Shown here: positions 1 to 15,000 of the stretch, piece after piece | How positions within the stretch are numbered: the first letter of the stretch is position 1 | Layout: every line of letters starts with the position of its first letter | NCBI GenBank assembly: GCA_032718475.1 | Contig: JAUCBJ010007311.1 | Location: 1-64,000, forward strand | Length of the DNA: 64,000 bases | DNA from: Nemertoderma westbladi | Taxonomy: Eukaryota; Animalia; Xenacoelomorpha | Direction: 5' to 3' | Made by a program: the position numbers and the translations under genes | The notes under the pieces: model-generated | Databases searched by the model: none | Told to the model about the DNA's origin: nothing | The model's input: only the letters and a program-made list of their open reading frames with translations

Positions 1-3000
1 CGGGGAAACAAATTGAGTGGGATGAGAAAATAGTTACGTCTAAGGGCGGGGAAACAAACTGAATGGGATGAGAAAATAGGTACGTCTAAGGGCGGGGAAA
101 CAAACTGAGTAGGATGAGGAAATAGTTACGTCTAAAGGCGGGGAAACAAACTGAGTGGGATGAGGAAATAGTTACGTCTAAGGGCTGGGAAACAAACTGA
201 GTGGGATGAGAAAATAGGTACGTCTAAGGGCGGGGAAACAAACTGAGTGGGATGAGAAAATAGGTACGTCTAAGGGCGAGGAAACAAATTGAGTGGGATG
301 AGAAAATAGGTACGTCTAAGGGCGGGGAAACAAACTGAGTGGGATGAGGAAATAGGTACGTCTAAGGGCTGGGAAGCAAACTGCTTGGGATGAGAAAATA
401 GGTACGTCTAAGGGCGGGGAAACAAACTGAGTGGGATGAGAAAATAGGTACGTCTAAGGGCGGGGAAACAAACTGAGTGGGATGAGAAAATAGTTACGTC
501 TAAGGGCGGGGAAACAAATTGAGTGGGATGAGAAAATAGGTACGTCTAAGGGTTGGGAAACAAACTGAGTGGGATGAGGAAATAGTTACGTCTAAGGGCG
601 GGGAAACAAACTGAGTGGGATGAGAAAATAGGTACGTCTAAGGGCGGGGAAACAAACTGAGTGGGATGAGAAAATAGGTACGTCTAAGGGCGGGGAAACA
701 AACTGAGTGGGATGAGAAAATAGGTACGTCTAAGGGCGGGGAAACAAACTGAGTGGGATGAGAATATAGGTACGTCTAAGGGCGGTGAAACAAACTGAGT
801 GGGATGAGGAAATAGGTACGTCTAAGGGCGGGGAAACAAACTGAGTGGGATGAGGAAATAGTTACGTCTAAGGGCGGGGAAACAAACTGAGTGGGATGAG
901 AATATAGGTACGTCTAAGGGCGGGGAAACAAACTGAGTGGGATGAGAAAATAGTTACGTCTAAGGGCGGGGAAACAAATTGAGTGGGATGAGAAAATAGG
1001 TACGTCTAAGGGTTGGGAAACAAACTGAGTGGGATGAGGAAATAGTTACGTCTAAGGGCGGGGAAACAAACTGAGTGGGATGAGAAAATAGGTACGTCTA
1101 AGGGCGGGGAAACAAACTGAGTGGGATGAGAAAATAGGTACGTCTAAGGGCGGGGAAACAAACTGAGTGGGATGAGAAAATAGGTACGTCTAAGGGCGGG
1201 GAAACAAACTGAGTGGGATGAGAATATAGGTACGTCTAAGGGCGGGGAAACAAACTGAGTGGGATGAGGAAATAGGTACGTCTAAGGGCGGGGAAACAAA
1301 CTGAGTGGGATGAGGAAATAGTTACGTCTAAGGGCTGGGAAACAAACTGAGTGGGATGAGAAAATAGGTACGTCTAAGGGCGGGGAAACAAACTGAGTGG
1401 GATGAGAAAATAGGTACGTCTAAGGGCGAGGAAACAAATTGAGTGGGATGAGAAAATAGGTACGTCTAAGGGCGGGGAAACAAACTGAGTGGGATGAGGA
1501 AATAGGTACGTCTAAGGGCTGGGAAGCAAACTGCTTGGGATGAGAAAATAGGTACGTCTAAGGGCGGGGAAACAAACTGTGTGGGATGAGAAAATAGGTA
1601 CGTCTAAGGGCGGGGAAACAAACTGAGTGGGATGAGAAAATAGTTACGTCTAAGGGCGGGGAAACAAATTGAGTGGGATGAGAAAATAGGTACGTCTAAG
1701 GGTTGGGAAACAAACTGAGTGGGATGAGGAAATAGTTACGTCTAAGGGCGGGGAAACAAACTGAGTGGGATGAGAAAATAGGTACGTCTAAGGGCGGGGA
1801 AACAAACTGAGTGGGATGAGAAAATAGGTACGTCTAAGGGCGGGGAAACAAACTGAGTGGGATGAGAAAATAGGTACGTCTAAGGGCGGGGAAACAAACT
1901 GAGTGGGATGAGAATATAGGTACGTCTAAGGGCGGGGAAACAAACTGAGTGGGATGAGGAAATAGGTACGTCTAAGGGCGGGGAAACAAACTGAGTGGGA
2001 TGAGGAAATAGTTACGTCTAAGGGCGGGGAAACAAACTGAGTGGGATGAGAATATAGGTACGTCTAAGGGCGGGGAAACAAACTGAGTGGGATGAGAAAA
2101 TAGTTACGTCTAAGGGCGGGGAAACAAACTGAGTGGGATGAGAAAATAGGTACGTCTAAGGGCGGGGAAACAAACTGAGTGGGATGAGAAAATAGTTACG
2201 TCTAAGGGCGGGGAAACAAACTGAGTGGGATGAGAATTTAGGTACGTCTAAGGGCGGGGAAACAAACTGAGTGGGATGAGAAAATAGTTACGTCTAAGGG
2301 CGGGGAAACAAACTGAGTGGGATGAGAAAATAGGTACGTCTAAGGGCGGGGAAACAAACTGAGTGGGATGAGAAAATAGTTACGTCTAAGGGCGAGGAAA
2401 CAAATTGAGTGGGATGAGAAAATAGTTACGTCTAAGGGCGGGGAAACAAATTGAGTGGGATGAGAAAATAGTTACGTCTAAGGGCGGGGAAACAAACTGA
2501 ATGGGATGAGAAAATAGGTACGTCTAAGGGCGGGGAAACAAACTGAGTAGGATGAGGAAATAGTTACGTCTAAAGGCGGGGAAACAAACTGAGTGGGATG
2601 AGGAAATAGTTACGTCTAAGGGCTGGGAAACAAACTGAGTGGGATGAGAAAATAGGTACGTCTAAGGGCGGGGAAACAAACTGAGTGGGATGAGAAAATA
2701 GGTACGTCTAAGGGCGAGGAAACAAATTGAGTGGGATGAGAAAATAGGTACGTCTAAGGGCGGGGAAACAAACTGAGTGGGATGAGGAAATAGGTACGTC
2801 TAAGGGCTGGGAAGCAAACTGCTTGGGATGAGAAAATAGGTACGTCTAAGGGCGGGGAAACAAACTGAGTGGGATGAGAAAATAGTTACGTCTAAGGGCG
2901 GGGAAACAAACTGAGTGGGATGAGAATATAGGTACGTCTAAGGGCGGGGAAACAAACTGAGTGGGATGAGAAAATAGGTACGTCTAAGGGCGGGGAAACA

Positions 3001-6000
3001 AACTGAGTGGGATGAGAAAATAGTTACGTCTAAGGGCGGGGAAACAAATTGAGTGGGATGAGAAAATAGGTACGTCTAAGGGCGGGGAAACAAACTGAGT
3101 GGGATGAGAAAATAGGTACGTCTAAGGGCGGGGAAACAAACTGAGTGGGATGAGAAAATAGTTACGTCTAAGGGCGGGGAAACAAACTGAGTGGGATGAG
3201 AATATAGGTACGTCTAAGGGCGGGGAAACAAACTGAGTGGGATGAGAAAATAGTTACGTCTAAGGGCGGGGAAACAAACTGAGTGGGATGAGAAAATAGG
3301 TACGTCTAAGGGCGGGGAAACAAACTGAGTGGGATGAGAAAATAGTTACGTCTAAGGGCGAGGAAACAAATTGAGTGGGATGAGAAAATAGTTACGTCTA
3401 AGGTCGGGGAAACAAATTGAGTGGGATGAGAAAATAGTTACGTCTAAGGGCGGGGAAACAAACTGAATGGGATGAGAAAATAGGTACGTCTAAGGGCGGG
3501 GAATCAAACTGAGTAGGATGAGGAAATAGTTACGTCTAAAGGCGGGGAAACAAACTGAGTGGGATGAGGAAATAGTTACGTCTAAAGGCGGGGAAACAAA
3601 CTGAGTGGGATGAGGAAATAGTTACGTCTAAGGGCTGGGAAACAAACTGAGTGGGATGAGAAAATAGGTACGTCTAAGGGCGGGGAAACAAACTGAGTGG
3701 GATGAGAAAATAGTTACGTCTAAGGGCGGGGAAACAAACTGAGTGGGATGAGAAAATAGGTACGTCTAAGGGCGGGGAAACAAACTGAGTGGGATGAGAA
3801 AATAGTTACGTCTAAGGGCGGGGAAACAAACTGAGTGGGATGAGAATATAGGTACGTCTAAGGGCGGGGAAACAAACTGAGTGGGATGAGAAAATAGTTA
3901 CGTCTAAGGGCGGGGAACCAAACTGAGTGGGATGAGAAAATAGGTACGTCTAAGGGCGGGGAAACAAACTGAGTGGGATGAGAAAATAGTTACGTCTAAG
4001 GGCGAGGAAACAAATTGAGTGGGATGAGAAAATAGTTACGTCTAAGGGCGGGGAAACAAATTGAGTGGGATGAGAAAATAGTTACGTCTAAGGACGGGGA
4101 AACAAACTGAATGGGATGAGAAAATAGGTACGTCTAAGGGCGGGGAAACAAACTGAGTAGGATGAGGAAATAGTTACGTCTAAAGGCGGGGAAACAAACT
4201 GAGTGGGATGAGGAAATAGTTACGTCTAAGGGCTGGGAAACAAACTGAGTGGGATGAGAAAATAGGTACGTCTAAGGGCGGGGAAACAAACTGAATGGGA
4301 TGAGAAAATAGGTACGTCTAAGGGCAGGGAAACAAACTGAGTAGGATGAGGAAATAGTTACGTCTAAAGGCGGGGAAACAAACTGAGTGGGATGAGGAAA
4401 TAGTTACGTCTAAGGGCTGGGAAACAAACTGAGTGGGATGAGAAAATAGGTACGTCTAAGGGCGGGGAAACAAACTGAGTGGGATGAGAAAATAGGTACG
4501 TCTAAGGGCGAGGAAACAAATTGAGTGGGATGAGAAAATAGGTACGTCTAAGGGCGGGGAAACAAACTGAGTGGGATGAGGAAATAGGTACGTCTAAGGG
4601 CTGGGAAGCAAACTGCTTGGGATGAGAAAATAGGTACGTCTAAGGGCGGGGAAACAAACTGAGTGGGATGAGAAAATAGGTACGTCTAAGGGCGGGGAAA
4701 CAAACTGAGTGGGATGAGAAAATAGTTACGTCTAAGGGCGGGGAAACAAATTGAGTGGGATGAGAAAATAGGTACGTCTAAGGGCGGGGAAACAAACTGA
4801 GTGGGATGAGAAAATAGGTACGTCTAAGGGCGGGGAAACAAACTGAGTGGGATGAGAAAATAGTTACGTCTAAGGGCGGGGAAACAAACTGAGTGGGATG
4901 AGAATATAGGTATGTCTAAGGGCGGGGAAACAAACTGAGTGGGATGAGAAAATAGTTACGTCTAAGGGCGGGGAAACAAACTGAGTGGGATGAGAAAATA
5001 GGTACGTCTAAGGGCGGGGAAACAAACTGAGTGGGATGAGAAAATAGTTACGTCTAAGGGCGAGGAAACAAATTGAGTGGGATGAGAAAATAGTTACGTC
5101 TAAGGGCGGGGAAACAAATTGAGTGGGATGAGAAAATAGTTACGTCTAAGGGCGGGGAAACAAACTGAATGGGATGAGAAAATAGGTACGTCTAAGGGCG
5201 GGGAAACAAACTGAGTAGGATGAGGAAATAGTTACGTCTAAAGGCGGGGAAACAAACTGAGTGGGATGAGGAAATAGTTACGTCTAAGGGCTGGGAAACA
5301 AACTGAGTGGGATGAGAAAATAGGTACGTCTAACGGCGGGGAAACAAACTGAGTGGGATGAGAAAATAGGTACGTCTAAGGGCGAGGAAACAAATTGAGT
5401 GGGATGAGAAAATAGGTACGTCTAAGGGCGGGGAAACAAACTGAGTGGGATGAGGAAATAGGTACGTCTAAGGGCTGGGAAGCAAACTGCTTGGGATGAG
5501 AAAATAGGTACGTCTAAGGGCGGGGAAACAAACTGAGTGGGATGAGAAAATAGGTACGTCTAAGGGCGGGGAAACAAACTGAGTGGGATGAGAAAATAGT
5601 TACGTCTAAGGGCGGGGAAACAAATTGAGTGGGATGAGAAAATAGGTACGTCTAAGGGTTGGGAAACAAACTGAGTGGGATGAGGAAATAGTTACGTCTA
5701 AGGGCGGGGAAACAAACTGAGTGGGATGAGAAAATAGGTACGTCTAAGGGCGGGGAAACAAACTGAGTGGGATGAGAAAATAGGTACGTCTAAGGGCGGG
5801 GAAACAAACTGAGTGGGATGAGAAAATAGGTACGTCTAAGGGCGGGGAAACAAACTGAGTGGGATGAGAATATAGGTACGTCTAAGGGCGGTGAAACAAA
5901 CTGAGTGGGATGAGGAAATAGGTACGTCTAAGGGCGGGGAAACAAACTGAGTGGGATGAGGAAATAGTTACGTCTAAGGGCGGGGAAACAAACTGAGTGG

Positions 6001-9000
6001 GATGAGAATATAGGTACGTCTAAGGGCGGGGAAACAAACTGAGTGGGATGAGAAAATAGTTACGTCTAAGGGCGGGGAAACAAATTGAGTGGGATGAGAA
6101 AATAGGTACGTCTAAGGGTTGGGAAACAAACTGAGTGGGATGAGGAAATAGTTACGTCTAAGGGCGGGGAAACAAACTGAGTGGGATGAGAAAATAGGTA
6201 CGTCTAAGGGCGGGGAAACAAACTGAGTGGGATGAGAAAATAGGTACGTCTAAGGGCGGGGAAACAAACTGAGTGGGATGAGAAAATAGGTACGTCTAAG
6301 GGCGGGGAAACAAACTGAGTGGGATGAGAATATAGGTACGTCTAAGGGCGGGGAAACAAACTGAGTGGGATGAGGAAATAGGTACGTCTAAGGGCGGGGA
6401 AACAAACTGAGTGGGATGAGGAAATAGTTACGTCTAAGGGCTGGGAAACAAACTGAGTGGGATGAGAAAATAGGTACGTCTAAGGGCGGGGAAACAAACT
6501 GAGTGGGATGAGAAAATAGGTACGTCTAAGGGCGAGGAAACAAATTGAGTGGGATGAGAAAATAGGTACGTCTAAGGGCGGGGAAACAAACTGAGTGGGA
6601 TGAGGAAATAGGTACGTCTAAGGGCTGGGAAGCAAACTGCTTGGGATGAGAAAATAGGTACGTCTAAGGGCGGGGAAACAAACTGTGTGGGATGAGAAAA
6701 TAGGTACGTCTAAGGGCGGGGAAACAAACTGAGTGGGATGAGAAAATAGTTACGTCTAAGGGCGGGGAAACAAATTGAGTGGGATGAGAAAATAGGTACG
6801 TCTAAGGGTTGGGAAACAAACTGAGTGGGATGAGGAAATAGTTACGTCTAAGGGCGGGGAAACAAACTGAGTGGGATGAGAAAATAGGTACGTCTAAGGG
6901 CGGGGAAACAAACTGAGTGGGATGAGAAAATAGGTACGTCTAAGGGCGGGGAAACAAACTGAGTGGGATGAGAAAATAGGTACGTCTAAGGGCGGGGAAA
7001 CAAACTGAGTGGGATGAGAATATAGGTACGTCTAAGGGCGGGGAAACAAACTGAGTGGGATGAGGAAATAGGTACGTCTAAGGGCGGGGAAACAAACTGA
7101 GTGGGATGAGGAAATAGTTACGTCTAAGGGCGGGGAAACAAACTGAGTGGGATGAGAATATAGGTACGTCTAAGGGCGGGGAAACAAACTGAGTGGGATG
7201 AGAAAATAGTTACGTCTAAGGGCGGGGAAACAAACTGAGTGGGATGAGAAAATAGGTACGTCTAAGGGCGGGGAAACAAACTGAGTGGGATGAGAAAATA
7301 GTTACGTCTAAGGGCGGGGAAACAAACTGAGTGGGATGAGAATTTAGGTACGTCTAAGGGCGGGGAAACAAACTGAGTGGGATGAGAAAATAGTTACGTC
7401 TAAGGGCGGGGAAACAAACTGAGTGGGATGAGAAAATAGGTACGTCTAAGGGCGGGGAAACAAACTGAGTGGGATGAGAAAATAGTTACGTCTAAGGGCG
7501 AGGAAACAAATTGAGTGGGATGAGAAAATAGTTACGTCTAAGGGCGGGGAAACAAATTGAGTGGGATGAGAAAATAGTTACGTCTAAGGGCGGGGAAACA
7601 AACTGAATGGGATGAGAAAATAGGTACGTCTAAGGGCGGGGAAACAAACTGAGTAGGATGAGGAAATAGTTACGTCTAAAGGCGGGGAAACAAACTGAGT
7701 GGGATGAGGAAATAGTTACGTCTAAGGGCTGGGAAACAAACTGAGTGGGATGAGAAAATAGGTACGTCTAAGGGCGGGGAAACAAACTGAGTGGGATGAG
7801 AAAATAGGTACGTCTAAGGGCGAGGAAACAAATTGAGTGGGATGAGAAAATAGGTACGTCTAAGGGCGGGGAAACAAACTGAGTGGGATGAGGAAATAGG
7901 TACGTCTAAGGGCTGGGAAGCAAACTGCTTGGGATGAGAAAATAGGTACGTCTAAGGGCGGGGAAACAAACTGAGTGGGATGAGAAAATAGTTACGTCTA
8001 AGGGCGGGGAAACAAACTGAGTGGGATGAGAATATAGGTACGTCTAAGGGCGGGGAAACAAACTGAGTGGGATGAGAAAATAGGTACGTCTAAGGGCGGG
8101 GAAACAAACTGAGTGGGATGAGAAAATAGTTACGTCTAAGGGCGGGGAAACAAATTGAGTGGGATGAGAAAATAGGTACGTCTAAGGGCGGGGAAACAAA
8201 CTGAGTGGGATGAGAAAATAGGTACGTCTAAGGGCGGGGAAACAAACTGAGTGGGATGAGAAAATAGTTACGTCTAAGGGCGGGGAAACAAACTGAGTGG
8301 GATGAGAATATAGGTACGTCTAAGGGCGGGGAAACAAACTGAGTGGGATGAGAAAATAGTTACGTCTAAGGGCGGGGAAACAAACTGAGTGGGATGAGAA
8401 AATAGGTACGTCTAAGGGCGGGGAAACAAACTGAGTGGGATGAGAAAATAGTTACGTCTAAGGGCGAGGAAACAAATTGAGTGGGATGAGAAAATAGTTA
8501 CGTCTAAGGTCGGGGAAACAAATTGAGTGGGATGAGAAAATAGTTACGTCTAAGGGCGGGGAAACAAACTGAATGGGATGAGAAAATAGGTACGTCTAAG
8601 GGCGGGGAATCAAACTGAGTAGGATGAGGAAATAGTTACGTCTAAAGGCGGGGAAACAAACTGAGTGGGATGAGGAAATAGTTACGTCTAAAGGCGGGGA
8701 AACAAACTGAGTGGGATGAGGAAATAGTTACGTCTAAGGGCTGGGAAACAAACTGAGTGGGATGAGAAAATAGGTACGTCTAAGGGCGGGGAAACAAACT
8801 GAGTGGGATGAGAAAATAGGTACGTCTAAGGGCGTGGAAACAAACTGAGTGGGATGAGAAAATAGGTACGTCTAAGGGCGGGGAAACAAACTGAATGGGA
8901 TGAGAAAATAGTTACGTCTAAGGGCGGGGAAACAAACTGAATGGGATGAGAAAATAGTTACGTCTAAGGGCGGGGAAACAAACTGAGTGGGATGAGAAAA

Positions 9001-12000
9001 TAGGTACGTCTAAGGGCGGGGAAACAAACTGAGTGGGATGAGAAAATATGTACGTCTAAGGGATGCTGGGAAACAAACTGAGTGGGATGAGAAAATAGGT
9101 ACGTCTAAGGGATGCTGGGAAACAAACTGAGTGGGATGAGAAAATAGGTACGTCTAAGGGATGCTGGGAAACAAACTGAGTGGGATGAGAAAATAGGTAC
9201 GTCTAAGGGCGGGGAAACAAACTGAATGGGATGAGAAAATAGGTACGTCTAAGGGCGGGGAAACAAACTGAATGGATGAGAAAATAGGTACGTCTAAGGG
9301 CGGGGAAACAAACTGAATGGGATGAGAAAATAGTTACGTCTAAGAGCGGGGAAACAAACTGAATGGGATGAGAAAATAGTTACGTCTAAGGGCGGGGAAA
9401 CAAACTGAGTGGGATGAGAAAATAGGTACGTCTAAGGGCGGGGAAACAAACTGAGTGGGATGAGAAAATAGTTACGTCTAAGGGCTGGGAAACAAATTGA
9501 ATGGGATGAGAAAATAGGTACGTCTAAGGGCGGGGAAACAAACTGAGTGGGATGAGAATATAGGTACGTCTAAGGGCGGGGAAAAAAAACTGAGTGGGAT
9601 GAGAAAATAGGTACGTCTAAGGGCTGGGAAACAAACTGAGTGGGATGAGAAAATAGGTACGTCTAAGGGCGGGGAAACAAACTGAGTGGGATGAGAAAAT
9701 AGGTACGTCTAAGGGCGGGGAAACAAACTGAGTGGGATGAGAATATAGGTACGTCTAAGGGCGGGGAAAAAAAACTGAGTGGGATGAGAAAATAGGTACG
9801 TCTAAGGGCTGGGAAACAAACTGAGTGGGATGAGAATATAGGTACGTCTAAAGGCGGGGAAACAAACTGAGTGGGATGAGAAAATAGGTACGTCTAAGGG
9901 ATGCTGGGAAACAAACTGAGTGGGATGAGAAAATAGTTACGTCTAAGGGCGTTGAAACAAACTGAGTGGGATGAGGAAATAGGTACGTCTAAGGGCGGGG
10001 AAACAAATTGAGTGGGATGAGAAAATAGGTACGTCTAAGGGCGGGGAAACAAACTGAGTGGGATGAGAAAATAGGTACGTCTAAGGGCGAGGAAACAAAT
10101 TGAGTGGGATGAGAAAATAGTTACGTCTAAGGGCGGGAAAACAAACTGAGTGGGATGAGAAAATAGGTACGTCTAAGGGCGGGAAAACAAACTGAGTGGG
10201 ATGAGAAAATAGTTACGTCTAAGGGCGGGAAAACGAACTGAGTGGGATGAGAAAATAGGTACGTCTAAGGGCGGGAAAACAAACTGAGTGGGATGAGAAA
10301 ATAGTTACGTCTAAGGGCGAGGAAACAAATTGAGTGGGATGAGAAAATAGTTACGTCTACGGGCGGGGAAACAAACTGAGTGGGATGAGAAAATAGTTAC
10401 GTCTAAGGGCGGGAAAACAAACTGAGTGGGATGAGAAAATAGGTACGTCTAAGGGCGGGAAAACAAACTGAGTGGGATGAGAAAATAGTTACGTCTAAGG
10501 GCGGGAAAAAAAACTGAGTGGGATGAGGAAATAGGTACGTCTAAGGGCGGGGAAACAAACTGAGTGGGATGAGAAAATAGTAACGTCTAAGGGCTGGTAA
10601 ACAAACTGAGTGGGATGAGAAAACAGGTACGTCTAAGGGCGGGAAAACAAACTGAGTGGGATGAGAAAATAGTTACGTCTAAGGGCGAGGAAACAAATTG
10701 AGTGGGATGAGAAAATAGTTACGTCTACGGGCGAGGAAACAAACTGAGTGGGATGAGAAAATAGTTACGTCTAAGGGCGGGAAAACAAACTGAGTGGGAT
10801 GAGAAAATAGTTACGTCTAAGGGCGGGAAAACAAACTGAGTGGGATGAGAAAATAGGTACGTCTAAGGGCGGGGAAACAAACTGAGTGGGATGAGAATAT
10901 AGGTACGTCTAAGGGCGGGGAAAAAAAACTGAGTGGGATGAGAAAATAGGTACGTCTAAGGGCTGGGAAACAAACTGAGTGGGATGAGAAAATAGGTACG
11001 TCTAAGGGCGGGGAAACAAACTGAGTGGGATGAGAAAATAGGTACGTCTAAGGGCGGGGAAACAAACTGAGTGGGATGAGAATATAGGTACGTCTAAGGG
11101 CGGGGAAAAAAAACTGAGTGGGATGAGAAAATAGGTACGTCTAAGGGCTGGGAAACAAACTGAGTGGGATGAGAATATAGGTACGTCTAAAGGCGGGGAA
11201 ACAAACTGAGTGGGATGAGAAAATAGGTACGTCTAAGGGATGCTGGGAAACAAACTGAGTGGGATGAGAAAATAGTTACGTCTAAGGGCGTTGAAACAAA
11301 CTGAGTGGGATGAGGAAATAGGTACGTCTAAGGGCGGGGAAACAAATTGAGTGGGATGAGAAAATAGGTACGTCTAAGGGCGGGGAAACAAACTGAGTGG
11401 GATGAGAAAATAGGTACGTCTAAGGGCGAGGAAACAAATTGAGTGGGATGAGAAAATAGTTACGTCTAAGGGCGGGAAAACAAACTGAGTGGGATGAGAA
11501 AATAGGTACGTCTAAGGGCGGGAAAACAAACTGAGTGGGATGAGAAAATAGTTACGTCTAAGGGCGGGAAAACGAACTGAGTGGGATGAGAAAATAGGTA
11601 CGTCTAAGGGCGGGAAAACAAACTGAGTGGGATGAGAAAATAGTTACGTCTAAGGGCGAGGAAACAAATTGAGTGGGATGAGAAAATAGTTACGTCTACG
11701 GGCGGGGAAACAAACTGAGTGGGATGAGAAAATAGTTACGTCTAAGGGCGGGAAAACAAACTGAGTGGGATGAGAAAATAGGTACGTCTAAGGGCGGGAA
11801 AACAAACTGAGTGGGATGAGAAAATAGTTACGTCTAAGGGCGGGAAAAAAAACTGAGTGGGATGAGGAAATAGGTACGTCTAAGGGCGGGGAAACAAACT
11901 GAGTGGGATGAGAAAATAGTAACGTCTAAGGGCTGGTAAACAAACTGAGTGGGATGAGAAAACAGGTACGTCTAAGGGCGGGAAAACAAACTGAGTGGGA

Positions 12001-15000
12001 TGAGAAAATAGTTACGTCTAAGGGCGGGAAAACAAACTGAGTGGGATGAGGAAATAGGTACGTCTAAGTGCGGGGAAACAAATTGAGTGGGATGAGAAAA
12101 TAGTTACGTCTAAGGGCGAGGAAACAAATTGAGTGGGATGAGAAAATAGTTACGTCTACGGGCGAGGAAACAAACTGAGTGGGATGAGAAAATAGTTACG
12201 TCTAAGGGCGGGAAAACAAACTGAGTGGGATGAGAAAATAGTTACGTCTAAGGGCGGGAAAACAAACTGAGTGGGATGAGAAAATAGTTACGTCTAAGGG
12301 CGGGGAAACAAATTGAGTGGGATGAGAAAATAGTTACGTCTAAGGGCGGGGAAACAAACTGAGTGGGATGAGAAAATAGGTACGTCTAAGGGCGGGAAAA
12401 CAAACTGAGTGGGATGAGGAAATAGTTACGTCTAAGGGCGGGAAAACAAACTGAGTGGGATGAGAAAATAGTTACGTCTAAGGGCGAGGAAACAAACTGA
12501 GTGGGATGAGAAAATAGTTACGTCTAAGGGCGGGAAAACAAACTGAGTGGGATGAGAAAATAGGTACGTCTAAGGGCGAGGAAACAAATTGAGTGGGATG
12601 AGAAAATAGTTACGTCTAAGGGCGGGGAAACAAATTGAGTGGGATGAGAAAATAGTTACGTCTAAGGGCGGGGAAACAAACTGAGTGGGATGAGAAAATA
12701 GGTACGTCTAAGGGCGGGAAAACAAACTGAGTGGGATGAGGAAATAGTTACGTCTAAGGGCGGGAAAACAAACTGAGTGGGATGAGAAAATAGTTACGTC
12801 TAAGGGCGAGGAAACAAATTGAGTGGGATGAGAAAATAGTTACATCTACGGGCGGGGAAACAAACTGAGTGGGATGAGAAAATAGTTACGTCTACGGGCG
12901 GGGAAACAAACTGAGTGGGATGAGAAAATAGGTACGTCTAAGGGCGGGGAAACAAACTGAGTGGGATGAGAAAATAGTTACGTCTAAGGGCGGGGAAACA
13001 AACTGAGTGGGATGAGAATATAGGTACGTCTAAGGGCGGGGAAACAAACTGAGTGGGATGAGAAAATAGTTACGTCTAAGGGCGGGGAAACAAACTGAGT
13101 GGGATGAGAAAATAGGTACGTCTAAGGGCGGGGAAACAAACTGAGTGGGATGAGAAAATAGTTACGTCTAAGGGCGAGGAAACAAATTGAGTGGGATGAG
13201 AAAATAGTTACGTCTAAGGGCGGGGAAACAAATTGAGTGGGATGAGAAAATAGTTACGTCTAAGGGCGGGGAAACAAACTGAATGGGATGAGAAAATAGG
13301 TACGTCTAAGGGCGGGGAATCAAACTGAGTAGGATGAGGAAATAGTTACGTCTAAAGGCGGGGAAACAAACTGAGTGGGATGAGGAAATAGTTACGTCTA
13401 AAGGCGGGGAAACAAACTGAGTGGGATGAGGAAATAGTTACGTCTAAGGGCTGGGAAACAAACTGAGTGGGATGAGAAAATAGGTACGTCTAAGGGCGGG
13501 GAAACAAACTGAGTGGGATGAGAAAATAGGTACGTCTAAGGGCGTGGAAACAAACTGAGTGGGATGAGAAAATAGGTACGTCTAAGGGCGGGGAAACAAA
13601 CTGAATGGGATGAGAAAATAGTTACGTCTAAGGGCGGGGAAACAAACTGAATGGGATGAGAAAATAGTTACGTCTAAGGGCGGGGAAACAAACTGAGTGG
13701 GATGAGAAAATAGGTACGTCTAAGGGCGGGGAAACAAACTGAGTGGGATGAGAAAATAGGTACGTCTAAGGGATGCTGGGAAACAAACTGAGTGGGATGA
13801 GAAAATAGGTACGTCTAAGGGATGCTGGGAAACAAACTGAGTGGGATGAGAAAATAGTTACGTCTACGGGCGGGGAAACAAACTGAGTGGGATGAGAAAA
13901 TAGTTACGTCTAAGGGCGGGAAAACAAACTGAGTGGGATGAGAAAATAGGTACGTCTAAGGGCGGGAAAACAAACTGAGTGGGATGAGAAAATAGTTACG
14001 TCTAAGGGCGGGAAAAAAAACTGAGTGGGATGAGGAAATAGGTACGTCTAAGGGCGGGGAAACAAACTGAGTGGGATGAGAAAATAGTAACGTCTAAGGG
14101 CTGGTAAACAAACTGAGTGGGATGAGAAAATAGGTACGTCTAAGGGCGGGAAAACAAACTGAGTGGGATGAGAAAATAGTTACGTCTAAGGGCGGGAAAA
14201 CAAACTGAGTGGGATGAGGAAATAGGTACGTCTAAGTGCGGGGAAACAAATTGAGTGGGATGAGAAAATAGTTACGTCTAAGGGCGAGGAAACAAATTGA
14301 GTGGGATGAGAAAATAGTTACGTCTACGGGCGAGGAAACAAACTGAGTGGGATGAGAAAATAGTTACGTCTAAGGGCGGGAAAACAAACTGAGTGGGATG
14401 AGAAAATAGTTACGTCTAAGGGCGGGAAAACAAACTGAGTGGGATGAGAAAATAGTTACGTCTAAGGGCGGGGAAACAAATTGAGTGGGATGAGAAAATA
14501 GTTACGTCTAAGGGCGGGGAAACAAACTGAGTGGGATGAGAAAATAGGTACGTCTAAGGGCGGGAAAACAAACTGAGTGGGATGAGGAAATAGTTACGTC
14601 TAAGGGCGGGAAAACAAACTGAGTGGGATGAGAAAATAGTTACGTCTAAGGGCGAGGAAACAAACTGAGTGGGATGAGAAAATAGTTACGTCTAAGGGCG
14701 GGAAAACAAACTGAGTGGGATGAGAAAATAGGTACGTCTAAGGGCGGGGAAACAAACTGAGTGGGATGAGAAAATAGTTACGTCTAAGGGCGGGGAAACA
14801 AACTGAGTGGGATGAGAATATAGGTACGTCTAAGGGCGGGGAAACAAACTGAGTGGGATGAGAAAATAGTTACGTCTAAGGGCGGGGAAACAAACTGAGT
14901 GGGATGAGAAAATAGGTACGTCTAAGGGCGGGGAAACAAACTGAGTGGGATGAGAAAATAGTTACGTCTAAGGGCGAGGAAACAAATTGAGTGGGATGAG

